From the IMG/VR virus record IMGVR_UViG_3300046167_000724: a DNA stretch of 64,000 bases. One strand, 5' to 3'. The first letter of the stretch is position 1; the number at the start of each line of letters is the position of its first letter. Position numbers and translations under genes: made by a program. Origin of the DNA: a virus (taxonomy: Duplodnaviria > Caudoviricetes). Of the stretch, positions 40,108 through 48,728 are shown piece after piece. The notes under the pieces were generated by a model, which was not told the DNA's origin, ran no database searches, and saw only the letters and a program-made list of their open reading frames with translations.

Positions 40108-41064
40108 ATGAAAAGAGTAAGACTTTTTGAATCATTCATTAATGAAAAAGGGGCAGTCCTAGGCAGAGGCCGTAAGAGTGTTCGTGTTGACTTTAACGAC
40201 AAAAGAAACATGAGATGGACTGTTCATGGAATGCAAGGTGATATTAGTAAAGGTATCGTTATCCTAATAGCTACTGAATACAAACAAGGCCAGCCAAGCT
40301 GGTGGAAACTTGCAACAGTTACAGGCGGTGAAATTAAATTCCAAGAATCAGAATTAGGTGAGATTCCAGAATGGTTAAAGAAAAAAGCTATCAAAGATGC
40401 TGGCAAATATGGATTCAAGAATCTTGAAGAAGTAAATGAATCTATTGAAGTAGTTAACGAAGCTGAAGGTAAGTTTGACAACACACTGCACAAGAAAGTA
40501 TTAAAGGCAATTGCATCTTCTAAAACTTACATGCAAGTTGAAGACGATAGTGATATGCGTGAAATCTTAATTGCTACTAGAGAAAACGGTGATGTTTATG
40601 ACGATACAGCGGGCGCAGATGATATTAAAGAAGCTCAAAGAGTTCAAAAGATTCTTATGAAGAAGTTTCCAGGAATCAAAGTTCAAGTTGAAACGGTTGA
40701 CGAATGGGTACACCTATCAATTAAAGCACCTAGAGTTGCTAATTTCAAATATGCGATAGAAATGTACGACGAGAATGAACCTAATGAATACCGTAGAGGA
40801 ATGGGTGGTTCAGAATTTGCTACATTCAAAGAGATGGTTCAAGCCCTTGAAAGAGAATACTTAAGGGGTGCAAAGGTTGATTTTAAATCTGTTGAAAAAG
40901 AACTAGAAGCTATCGACACGTATCCTAGAGACAGGTTCACTGGATGGCACCAGAGTAAAGGTATTAAAATCGCAAGTGGTGTAAAATGGGGTAGTACAAC
41001 AGTAGAAATCCAAGTAGCTAAAGAAACAGACGAGATAGACTATAAAACAAAGAAGGGTATTTAA
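40108..41064 (+). CDS. putative head-internal polyprotein (tag MKRVRLFESFINE)
   Basis: N-terminal tag plus internal EEVNESIEVVNE. Confidence 0.65.
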   Translation: MKRVRLFESFINEKGAVLGRGRKSVRVDFNDKRNMRWTVHGMQGDISKGIVILIATEYKQGQPSWWKLATVTGGEIKFQESELGEIPEWLKKKAIKDAGKYGFKNLEEVNESIEVVNEAEGKFDNTLHKKVLKAIASSKTYMQVEDDSDMREILIATRENGDVYDDTAGADDIKEAQRVQKILMKKFPGIKVQVETVDEWVHLSIKAPRVANFKYAIEMYDENEPNEYRRGMGGSEFATFKEMVQALEREYLRGAKVDFKSVEKELEAIDTYPRDRFTGWHQSKGIKIASGVKWGSTTVEIQVAKETDEIDYKTKKGI

Positions 41065-41072
41065 AGATAACC

Positions 41073-41687
41073 ATGATTAAAACATACGATGACTTCCTTT
41101 TGGAAAAGAACAGACCTTTTAGTGCAACGTCAATTACAGTTTTCGACCTAGATGATACATTAGTTATTACTGATGCAAAAATCAAGGTATGTAATATTGT
41201 AACAGGTGATTGCCATGAACTAACTCCTGAAGAATTCAATGAATATGAATCTAATCCAAATGACAAATTAGACTTTGATGATTTCAAATCACTTGAGATT
41301 ATGAAAGCTGGTGACCTTATTCATTATTACCTTAAAATCTTAGCAGAAGCTTATAAAATGAAAAGAGCAGTTGGTATCGTTACGGCGAGAGACGACCGTG
41401 AGATGATTTACAAGTGGCTTAAAGAGCACGTAGGCTTCCACATTGCTAAGGACCTTATTTATGCAATCAACGACCCTGTACACGGTCTAAAGGGTTCTAT
41501 AGCTGAGAAAAAGCAACAAGCATTCAGAGAATACATTGATATGGGATATAAGAAGATTCAGTTCTTCGATGACGATGATGCTAACCTAAGATTAGTTAAA
41601 GAATTACAGTCAGATTACCCGGATGTAGAAATTTCAGTATATAAAGCAGACAAGAGTAAGTTTAAAAGAATAGAAAAGAGAAAGTAA
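41073..41687 (+). CDS. HAD-family phosphatase with T4-CTS-like N-terminus MIKTYDDFLLE
   Basis: FDLDDTL, VTAR, EKK, FFDDD motifs. Confidence 0.8.
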   Translation: MIKTYDDFLLEKNRPFSATSITVFDLDDTLVITDAKIKVCNIVTGDCHELTPEEFNEYESNPNDKLDFDDFKSLEIMKAGDLIHYYLKILAEAYKMKRAVGIVTARDDREMIYKWLKEHVGFHIAKDLIYAINDPVHGLKGSIAEKKQQAFREYIDMGYKKIQFFDDDDANLRLVKELQSDYPDVEISVYKADKSKFKRIEKRK

Positions 41688-43693
41688 TGAGTACATTTGG
41701 TGACATTAGAGCAAGATTAGCTTCAGTACTTGAGTACGGCGTTTTTGAAGACGTTGAGATGAAAGACGAAGCTGGTTTGATTGATTATCTTAAAGGCCTT
41801 AAAACAGAGCCAAGACCTAATACTACATTTAAAGTAGCTGGTAGAACGATACCTAGACCTGAGATTGAAAAACTAATTGGTAAGGCAGGTATTACTTTTG
41901 GCGATGATAAATCTGAAACTACACTGGATGACAAGCAACTTAAAAAGATGGGTGACTATTCTGAAAAGATGTCTGCCGAATTTGATAAGATTGCTTTTGA
42001 AGGTGAAGACGAAGAAGTATTCAAGGCTGGTTTTGATAAACTAATGAAAGGTGGAAAAATCTCTAAAGAAGATGCAGAGATTGTTGCTAAATACGCTAAA
42101 ATTGGTGAAACAGAAAGCGGTAAGAAGCTTAAAGTTTATTTTGCTAATACAACGCCGGGTGAATTCAGACAAGGTGCAAGAGAAAAAGTACTAGATGTTA
42201 CTGATTCAGACGGTAGTTTACAAAAAGCACTTATGGATGCTGGTATGGAATCAACACCATCTACAACTGTAGGCGGTGGCGTAAAGCCAAAGATTGGCCC
42301 TAAAGCAATTAACCCTAATAAAATTATCGGTAAGAAGCGTAAGGTTGAGGTACAATCTGAAAAGACAGCCGACGGTAAAATCAAATCTGTTACTGTTGAC
42401 GGTAAGAAAATGAACCGTATTGAACCACCAGATGAAAAGGCACTTAACGAAAATACATTACAACTGGAAGCTGTTAAAAAGCAAAATCCAGACTTAACAG
42501 ATAAACAAGTTGACGCACTTGTACAAAGAACGCGTAGAGCAATCCAAAGACACAACGAGTCTCTAGAGAATCTTGCTAATTTGAAAGATGTTGAGTTCCT
42601 GGACCCTGTTGAAGGTCTAGAGGGCTTGAATCAAAAAGAACGTGGTGATAAGATTCAAAAAGAATACTCTATGGTCATTCATGGAAAGCTTAAAGAGCTA
42701 ATGGGTGATAACCCTACAAAAGCAGAACAAGATATTCTAGCAGACATTGAAAAGATGTCTACAATTGAAAGTCAAGAAGACTTTGATAATGCTGTTATTG
42801 AAACACTTCGTAAAATGGACAAAGTTGATTCAATCAGAAAAGGTTCCGCTGACTTGGCTGAATCATTTGTATACATGTCTCTTAATAAAAAAGGCCTTAG
42901 AACAGAACTTCCAGCTGGTGAGAACTTCCCAGTTGCTGACGTTATCTCTCTAGGTGGTGATATCGACATGAATGAACTAGACCCTAACGACCCTGAATAT
43001 GCTTCTAAGATTGCTATGCAAGGTCTACCTCTAGTAGTTAACCTTGAGATGGAGGGTGGTATCTCAGTAAAGAAAGACGGTGGTGCTGCATCTGCTGCAA
43101 AATCAAAACTCGGTGAATCAACGTTCAAAAACGAAAAGACGGCTGAGCAGCTTTACAAACTGGTAGATAACCATAATGCATTCTTAGGCACTCAATCGGA
43201 ACCAACAACTGATGAGACTATTAAAGAAGGTACTAAACAAATGGATGAGGTTGCAAACTGGGCAATTGATAACGGTGTCTTAACTAAAGAAGAGGTTGAT
43301 GGTTTAAATTACGGCGGTAGGTCACCTAAAGAATGGGCTAAAGATACATTAGATAAATGGGAAGACGAAGGTAAAGGTCCTTTTGCAGCTGCAACTCTTA
43401 AAGGTTTGGAAATGCACGCAAAACAAGCACTTCTTTTATCTGCAATACATAACTCTGAACTCACAGAACAAAGTTATGGTAATGTTAACGTCAGTACTAA
43501 AAAATCTGATGGTGGTATTCATGTTACAGATGGTATTACAAGTGCTTCATTAATGGGTACTTCTTTAAATCCAGGTTTCAAATTTGTTAAAGACAAAGAC
43601 GGTAATACTATTCCAAGACCGAACGCGGTTTATACTGCAAATCTTAAACATGCGGAATGGGACGCAGAGTCAGAACGTTTTACAACAAAATAA
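41687..43693 (+). CDS. large hypothetical protein with possible PD-(D/E)xK nuclease fold
   Basis: AES...LP..ENFPVADV...ISVKK pattern in the C-terminal half; 668 aa. Confidence 0.55.
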   Translation: MSTFGDIRARLASVLEYGVFEDVEMKDEAGLIDYLKGLKTEPRPNTTFKVAGRTIPRPEIEKLIGKAGITFGDDKSETTLDDKQLKKMGDYSEKMSAEFDKIAFEGEDEEVFKAGFDKLMKGGKISKEDAEIVAKYAKIGETESGKKLKVYFANTTPGEFRQGAREKVLDVTDSDGSLQKALMDAGMESTPSTTVGGGVKPKIGPKAINPNKIIGKKRKVEVQSEKTADGKIKSVTVDGKKMNRIEPPDEKALNENTLQLEAVKKQNPDLTDKQVDALVQRTRRAIQRHNESLENLANLKDVEFLDPVEGLEGLNQKERGDKIQKEYSMVIHGKLKELMGDNPTKAEQDILADIEKMSTIESQEDFDNAVIETLRKMDKVDSIRKGSADLAESFVYMSLNKKGLRTELPAGENFPVADVISLGGDIDMNELDPNDPEYASKIAMQGLPLVVNLEMEGGISVKKDGGAASAAKSKLGESTFKNEKTAEQLYKLVDNHNAFLGTQSEPTTDETIKEGTKQMDEVANWAIDNGVLTKEEVDGLNYGGRSPKEWAKDTLDKWEDEGKGPFAAATLKGLEMHAKQALLLSAIHNSELTEQSYGNVNVSTKKSDGGIHVTDGITSASLMGTSLNPGFKFVKDKDGNTIPRPNAVYTANLKHAEWDAESERFTTK

Positions 43694-43714
43694 TTTAAAA
43701 AAAACGGCATAATA

Positions 43715-43760
43715 TTTTTTTATGTCGTTTTTTTTGCTTATATTTATAATGTAATTAAAA
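43715..43760 (+). promoter_or_regulatory. class I (early-type) promoter
   Basis: TTTTTTTATGTCGTTTTTTTTGCTTATATTTATAATGTAATTAAA. Confidence 0.75.
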
Positions 43761-43769
43761 GAAAGCATT

Positions 43770-44003
43770 ATGGCTAAAGCAAAAAAGACAGTTGAAGTTC
43801 AGGAATTAAAACGTTGGGCTAATTCTATTTTGAGTACACCATTAGGTGAAGTTGAACACATTACTCGTGATTTCAAAGACGGGATTTGTGTGATGATTGA
43901 AAAAGTACTTCACGAAGCAAATGCATATAACGGTTATATGTTCTTGAATAATGAAGACAGTGAATACCAAACTTACGGTTACTTAACTCGCCAATACCTA
44001 TAA
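43770..44003 (+). CDS. small early hypothetical protein
   Basis: 77-aa ORF directly after a class I promoter. Confidence 0.7.
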   Translation: MAKAKKTVEVQELKRWANSILSTPLGEVEHITRDFKDGICVMIEKVLHEANAYNGYMFLNNEDSEYQTYGYLTRQYL

Positions 44004-44005
44004 TT

Positions 44006-45073
44006 ATGGAATTAGTCATTGAAAAACCAATTGACGAATTATTAAGTAGGATTCCTTTAGACGCAAAGAAAGAGGTCCTAAAGTTTTTAGCTAAAGATGA
44101 AGTCGATGAAGAACATTTCATGGACCGTCTTGGCACATACGAATCTATACAAGAACTTCAAGCAAATTACCATCTTGAGATGGAAGATCAATTCTCAAGA
44201 GATGTATTCATCATTCAACCGAAAGGATTAGGTATGGGTGAGGTTTGGATTGCTTGGTTAGTTAAAGGTTCTGTTATCTCAGGTGGTGGTGAATCATTTG
44301 ATGTATTGTCTAATGGTACACAATATGAAGCCAAAGCATACAACTTCTTTCCACACTACAAGACCAAAGAATTACAACTTGGTAAATATGAAGGTGTATG
44401 GAGACTTGGTAACGCAGGTGCTATGAGTAACTTTACCTTTGTAAAGCACTTAACGCATGCCGTTGATTTGATTTCTGAATTATATGCAAATACAAACGCA
44501 CATATACCCGAATTAAAAAATGTACTCGATATCGTAAAAGATATTGAGCGATTAAGTCCAAAATACGGAATGGCTGCGGATTTCTCAAGAGGTGAAGTTA
44601 GTAAGAAGAAAATGCGAATGATGTTCAAGGTCATTGATATGTTGCACAATTATGTTGCAAAACATCATGGCGATTACGACATTGTTACATTTGCGGCGTC
44701 AACTCCTGGTAATCCCAACATAACATTTAAAATACAACCAGCGACAGCTAAAGAAATTAAAGAAGGTAAGATTAAGATTATAGCACCTATTAATGAATAT
44801 GACATAAGTGATGTATTTGTACTTAGACGTATGCTTGTCAAGTCAAAATACATTAGAGAAGGTGTAAGTGCTATTATAACCGACATTAATAAAGACTTAG
44901 ACCTTGTTGAAGCCAAATATGAAGGTATTAACTTTATTATCTTTAGAAAGAGTGGTATGAACATTACAAGCAAAATTAGACGTATTGAAGGTACTGCACT
45001 TGAAGACTTAAAAACTGCAGTTGGTGAAGTTTTTAATCTATCTTCAGCATCTGTTCGTGTTCGTGAGAAATAA
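44006..45073 (+). CDS. putative PD-(D/E)xK nuclease-fold protein
   Basis: GLGMGE...FDV....YEAK motif. Confidence 0.55.
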   Translation: MELVIEKPIDELLSRIPLDAKKEVLKFLAKDEVDEEHFMDRLGTYESIQELQANYHLEMEDQFSRDVFIIQPKGLGMGEVWIAWLVKGSVISGGGESFDVLSNGTQYEAKAYNFFPHYKTKELQLGKYEGVWRLGNAGAMSNFTFVKHLTHAVDLISELYANTNAHIPELKNVLDIVKDIERLSPKYGMAADFSRGEVSKKKMRMMFKVIDMLHNYVAKHHGDYDIVTFAASTPGNPNITFKIQPATAKEIKEGKIKIIAPINEYDISDVFVLRRMLVKSKYIREGVSAIITDINKDLDLVEAKYEGINFIIFRKSGMNITSKIRRIEGTALEDLKTAVGEVFNLSSASVRVREK

Positions 45074-45182
45074 TTGAAAAAAACTTGTAAAAAGTTGCTA
45101 AATCTCGCAAACAAAGTGTGGTTTTTGATATATATAATATATGAGGAATAACTCCTTGTAAAATCAATATTCTTATAGTATT

Positions 45183-45353
45183 ATGGCTAATTACATTTCA
45201 GTGGTCACTCCTACTACTGAAATTAGTCTAGCCCCAGCAATAAGCATGAATGAGTATACGCTTGACATGGCAATTGAAGCCATTAATACCGTAGAAGAGC
45301 ATGCTGATGAATGCATGGATTGGGCGATGTTCGGTGTCGGTGGGCCATCTTAG
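45183..45353 (+). CDS. small acidic ORF (56 aa) in its own transcription unit
   Basis: MANYISVV...GVGGPS*, between a GATATATATAA box (~45127) and a terminator. Confidence 0.45.
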   Translation: MANYISVVTPTTEISLAPAISMNEYTLDMAIEAINTVEEHADECMDWAMFGVGGPS

Positions 45354-45361
45354 AGAACATT

Positions 45362-45390
45362 AAGGGACGTGAGTTTTTGCGTCCCTTTTT
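45362..45390 (+). terminator. intrinsic terminator
   Basis: AAGGGACG/CGTCCCTT stem plus T run. Confidence 0.75.
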
Positions 45391-45428
45391 ATTTGAAACA
45401 ACATCTATATTCAATCGTATAATAATTA

Positions 45429-45437
45429 GATATATAA
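45429..45437 (+). promoter_or_regulatory. class III (late-type) promoter; class II motif also at 45393-45423
   Basis: GATATATAA 5 nt before ATG 45443. Confidence 0.5.
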
Positions 45438-45442
45438 TAAAT

Positions 45443-45970
45443 ATGAAGTTTATCAAAACATTTGAAGATTACGAGCAGGTTTCACCTGCATTAAAAGCAC
45501 ATATTGAAGAAGGTTTAGACTTAACTAACTCGTTCTTTAGATTAGGCTCAGACGCATACAGTGAACTGTTTGAAGAAGTTAAACAATACTGGGATAAAGG
45601 TAATGTTATATTAAAAGGACCTTCTGGTTGGATGGCAAAGAACTTACAAGTTGGTAAGAAAGCCGTGTACCAGGGTAAAGCTGTTAAGCTTGATTCACCA
45701 CAAAGAGGTGGTTCAAAGAAATTTATCGTATATCGTGCGTCTGAGAGAACTGATGCTGATGGTAACATAGTTGCTAAAAAAATCGAATGGGGTGATAAAA
45801 CGGGTTTATCTATCAAGAACGATGACCCAGGAAGAGCTGCAAGTTTTTGGGCTAGACACAAATGTGATTCAGCTGCAAAGATGGACCCTAATAAAGCGGG
45901 ATTCTGGGCATGTTATGCACCAACGCTTTTCGGAAAGCAAATTGGTATTAAATCAGACCAACCCTGGTAA
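45443..45970 (+). CDS. conserved phage protein with tag MKFIKTFEDY
   Basis: ATG 45443 in frame with the track ORF; C-terminal W/FGD....IK...P.R..SF.ARH.C...AG.WAC domain. Confidence 0.7.
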   Translation: MKFIKTFEDYEQVSPALKAHIEEGLDLTNSFFRLGSDAYSELFEEVKQYWDKGNVILKGPSGWMAKNLQVGKKAVYQGKAVKLDSPQRGGSKKFIVYRASERTDADGNIVAKKIEWGDKTGLSIKNDDPGRAASFWARHKCDSAAKMDPNKAGFWACYAPTLFGKQIGIKSDQPW

Positions 45971-46059
45971 TTAATGTTAATTCTAAAAATGATAAGTATA
46001 GTAATAATAGGTTGGATACTTATCAATAGAATTTTGTATTGGATGGATAAGCATATCAA

Positions 46060-46434
46060 ATGATTACAAATAAATTAGTTGACGTCACAGATCTAAAAAA
46101 AGAAGACTGCAAATGTAAAAATTGTGGTTGTGGTAAAATGACAATGGAAGAAATGGTCACAATGATAGATGACCAAACATTACCATTTGTACAAACTAAT
46201 CACGAGGGTTATATTACTAGAGAATTTGACGCAAGTGCACCTGAACATTTATTCAAATGGCATTTTGATGATGCTGACCGTGAAATCACAGCACTTAATG
46301 AAAATGATTGGAGGTTTCAATTTGACAATGAATTACCAATTCCAATGTCTAGTACTGTTTTTGTTAAAAAGGGTGAGTATCATAGACTTATTAAAGGCAC
46401 ATCACCACTTACTTTAAAAATAATTGAAAAATAA
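46060..46434 (+). CDS. cupin-like phage protein
   Basis: R.F.......WH.D..DR......W..Q.D.ELP...YHR.IKG; Cys-rich N-terminus. Confidence 0.65.
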   Translation: MITNKLVDVTDLKKEDCKCKNCGCGKMTMEEMVTMIDDQTLPFVQTNHEGYITREFDASAPEHLFKWHFDDADREITALNENDWRFQFDNELPIPMSSTVFVKKGEYHRLIKGTSPLTLKIIEK

Positions 46435-46444
46435 TTGCTAAAAA

Positions 46445-46490
46445 GTTTTTTTATATCAAATAAATTGCCTATATTTATATAGTAATTGAA
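46445..46490 (+). promoter_or_regulatory. class I (early-type) promoter
   Basis: TTTTTTTATATC...TTGCCTATATTTATATAGTAATTGAA. Confidence 0.7.
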
Positions 46491-46498
46491 AGTAGGAT

Positions 46499-46996
46499 AT
46501 GAAAAGAAAGATTTTACCAATTATCATTTTAACATCACCGCTGTTATTTAGTAACGGTAGTGCGTTTAATGATACACGACTATTTGAAACACCAATAGTA
46601 CTCACCAGTAAAGAAATCAAAGCGGTTCCCAGTGTTGACGTGGAATCTAAATTTATAAATGCATTGATTCAAGTAGAGTCAAGAGGTCGTGATTCAATTA
46701 TTGGTGATAAGCATCTTGTAGGTAATGAAGCCGTTGGTGCTCTTCAAATTCGACCTATAATGGTTCGTGAAGTAAATCGCATCTTGAAGATAAAGAAAAG
46801 TGATAAGCGATTTAAATTGAAAGACCGATTTTCACGTGAGAAATCTATTGAGATGTTCATGATTTGGAAAAACTATCATCATTCTGATGATGAGTTTGAA
46901 ACTATTGCTAGAAATTGGAATGGTGGTCCAAAAGGCTATAAGTCTAGTAGAACTGAAAAATACTGGGTAAAGGTACAACAAGAGCTAGATATATAA
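46499..46996 (+). CDS. lysozyme-like/lytic transglycosylase with signal peptide
   Basis: ALIQVES catalytic Glu, G.LQI, AR.WNGGP.G...T..YW motifs. Confidence 0.8.
   Translation: MKRKILPIIILTSPLLFSNGSAFNDTRLFETPIVLTSKEIKAVPSVDVESKFINALIQVESRGRDSIIGDKHLVGNEAVGALQIRPIMVREVNRILKIKKSDKRFKLKDRFSREKSIEMFMIWKNYHHSDDEFETIARNWNGGPKGYKSSRTEKYWVKVQQELDI
46988..46996 (+). promoter_or_regulatory. class III (late-type) promoter
   Basis: GATATATAA upstream of tagged ORF 47018. Confidence 0.5.
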
Positions 46997-47017
46997 TAAA
47001 ATAATATATTCAAATAT

Positions 47018-47284
47018 ATGAAAAATCTAAGAACATTTGAATCATTTTTAAATGAAAAGAAGCCTAGTCACTATATGGCTGAGCTAGTTGATATGCTATC
47101 TAATTCAGATTCAATGGAAATGACACCAGATGAATTTAAAGACTATTGTGTTAAGGAATTTGGTATAGACCCAGATGATGCGCTTGACATTCTAGATGCT
47201 TACTGGACATTAGGTGCTAGAGACAGGTACCGCTTTAACGACGACCAATGGATTAAATGGTTAAACAAATTAGGTATTAAGTAA
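47018..47284 (+). CDS. putative head-internal protein (tag MKNLRTFESFLNE)
   Basis: Shared N-terminal tag. Confidence 0.65.
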   Translation: MKNLRTFESFLNEKKPSHYMAELVDMLSNSDSMEMTPDEFKDYCVKEFGIDPDDALDILDAYWTLGARDRYRFNDDQWIKWLNKLGIK

Positions 47285-47727
47285 TGAAGAATATTAAAAC
47301 ATTTGAAGCTTTTGTTAATGAAAGTATAGAATATGCTTCAACAAAGGTTAATGGTAAGAACGTTGTTTCATCATGGGCAGGTTCAGCAGATAGTGAAAGA
47401 GATTTCATTAAGATGATTAAAGACATGCCTGAAACTCTTGAATCAATCAGTGTACAGTCTGATGCGTCTGCATCATATTCGGCTTCCGAAGAATTTAAAG
47501 GTCCTATCAATTCATCTAAGAAAGCTAAAATCATTAAGCTTGTAAAAGATGTAACGAAAGCTTTTAAATCAGAAGGTGATGAAATTACATCATACGTATT
47601 AAGTTCGTTTGCACCAATTTATGTTAAGGACCATGATTCATCTAGGGCATATATCCAGTACAAAACCAAAAAGTCAGATAAATTTGGTAAAGATATGGCA
47701 TCTGGTAAATACGGACCGCTAGATTAG
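47284..47727 (+). CDS. putative head-internal protein (tag MKNIKTFEAFVNE)
   Basis: Shared N-terminal tag. Confidence 0.65.
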   Translation: MKNIKTFEAFVNESIEYASTKVNGKNVVSSWAGSADSERDFIKMIKDMPETLESISVQSDASASYSASEEFKGPINSSKKAKIIKLVKDVTKAFKSEGDEITSYVLSSFAPIYVKDHDSSRAYIQYKTKKSDKFGKDMASGKYGPLD

Positions 47728-47755
47728 TATAATTTAATTCAAATTAAATACAATT

Positions 47756-47788
47756 AAACCACTCTATTCATAATAGGGTGGTTTTTTT
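47756..47788 (+). terminator. intrinsic terminator
   Basis: AAACCACTCTATT/AATAGGGTGGTTT stem plus T run. Confidence 0.75.
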
Positions 47789-47792
47789 GTTT

Positions 47793-47801
47793 GATATATA
47801 A
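47793..47801 (+). promoter_or_regulatory. class III (late-type) promoter of the fibre operon
   Basis: GATATATAA upstream of ORF 47822. Confidence 0.5.
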
Positions 47802-47821
47802 AGAAAAAGTCACTTAACCTA

Positions 47822-48226
47822 ATGCAAACAGATCCATTTAATAACGAGAGAGATAGTAAAGCTATTGTTATGGAACTTCTTAACGCTTTTAATTCATTTA
47901 AACAGCGACTAGAAGACCCTAATTATATTCAAATGGAGAATGCTATTCGTCAAATGATGGAAGGTCAAAAAGATATGCGTTCTGACATTACTGAGTTAAA
48001 GAAACAATTATTGAATCCATTTGATGGTGTAATTGTTGAAACTAAGAAGAATACTGAATTTAGAGAATCTTCTGAAGAGAGTAAAGTGGAATATCTTAAG
48101 CTTATTGAAGAGCATAAATCTTTAATGAGATGGAAATCTAATGTTATCAAAATCGGGGTTGCATTATTAACATCTGCAGGTGCTATTGTTGCTTTTTTAT
48201 TAAGTGAATTTGTAATTGGTAAATAA
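47822..48226 (+). CDS. coiled-coil protein with C-terminal TM helix (holin-like topology possible)
   Basis: Heptad-rich body and a single C-terminal hydrophobic helix. Confidence 0.55.
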   Translation: MQTDPFNNERDSKAIVMELLNAFNSFKQRLEDPNYIQMENAIRQMMEGQKDMRSDITELKKQLLNPFDGVIVETKKNTEFRESSEESKVEYLKLIEEHKSLMRWKSNVIKIGVALLTSAGAIVAFLLSEFVIGK

Positions 48227-48726
48227 TGGTAGCGGAAAGAATATCATTAGGTGCTATTTATACGACTTTTCTTCAATTAGAAATTAATGAAGGAAGGGTG
48301 TACGATATTGTATTGGATTACAAAATTGGTAATAGGACAATATCACCACCGGCTTTTAAAGACCTTGCGGCGCTTAAAAGTTTTATAAATACAAATTACC
48401 CATATATTAGACTAACGGGTACAGATATGATTTGTACGTGGCAACCATATATGCCGGTTAAATTTTGGGTTGAGAAAGAAAACGGAATTCAAGTGCAATT
48501 TAAACAAGCACTTAATACAACTAAAGGTAAATTATACAATTTATCAGAGAAAAGACTTAGGGAGCTGTATGGCTACATAAATAGTATCACTGGTTACATA
48601 CATTTTGATGACTATATATCTCCTACAACACCAACTTATGTTGAATGTGTATACATTGATGACATTATAGAAGATGGTGGTTATATTAAAGCAAATGAAG
48701 AATACAAAAAATACACCAAATTATAG
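48226..48726 (+). CDS. hypothetical protein
   Basis: 166-aa ORF translationally coupled in the late operon. Confidence 0.65.
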   Translation: MVAERISLGAIYTTFLQLEINEGRVYDIVLDYKIGNRTISPPAFKDLAALKSFINTNYPYIRLTGTDMICTWQPYMPVKFWVEKENGIQVQFKQALNTTKGKLYNLSEKRLRELYGYINSITGYIHFDDYISPTTPTYVECVYIDDIIEDGGYIKANEEYKKYTKL

Positions 48727-48728
48727 AT

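Noticed and set aside
45311-45442. N-terminal extension of ORF 45311-45970 in the track
   Set aside because: Spans a terminator and promoters; ATG 45443 gives the shared KTFE tag.
479-47534. Numerous 60-170 aa antisense or overlapping ORFs in the track (e.g. 2493-3014, 18613-19017, 37689-38153, 44674-45114)
   Set aside because: Fully overlap well-supported genes, lack recognisable motifs and have atypical composition.
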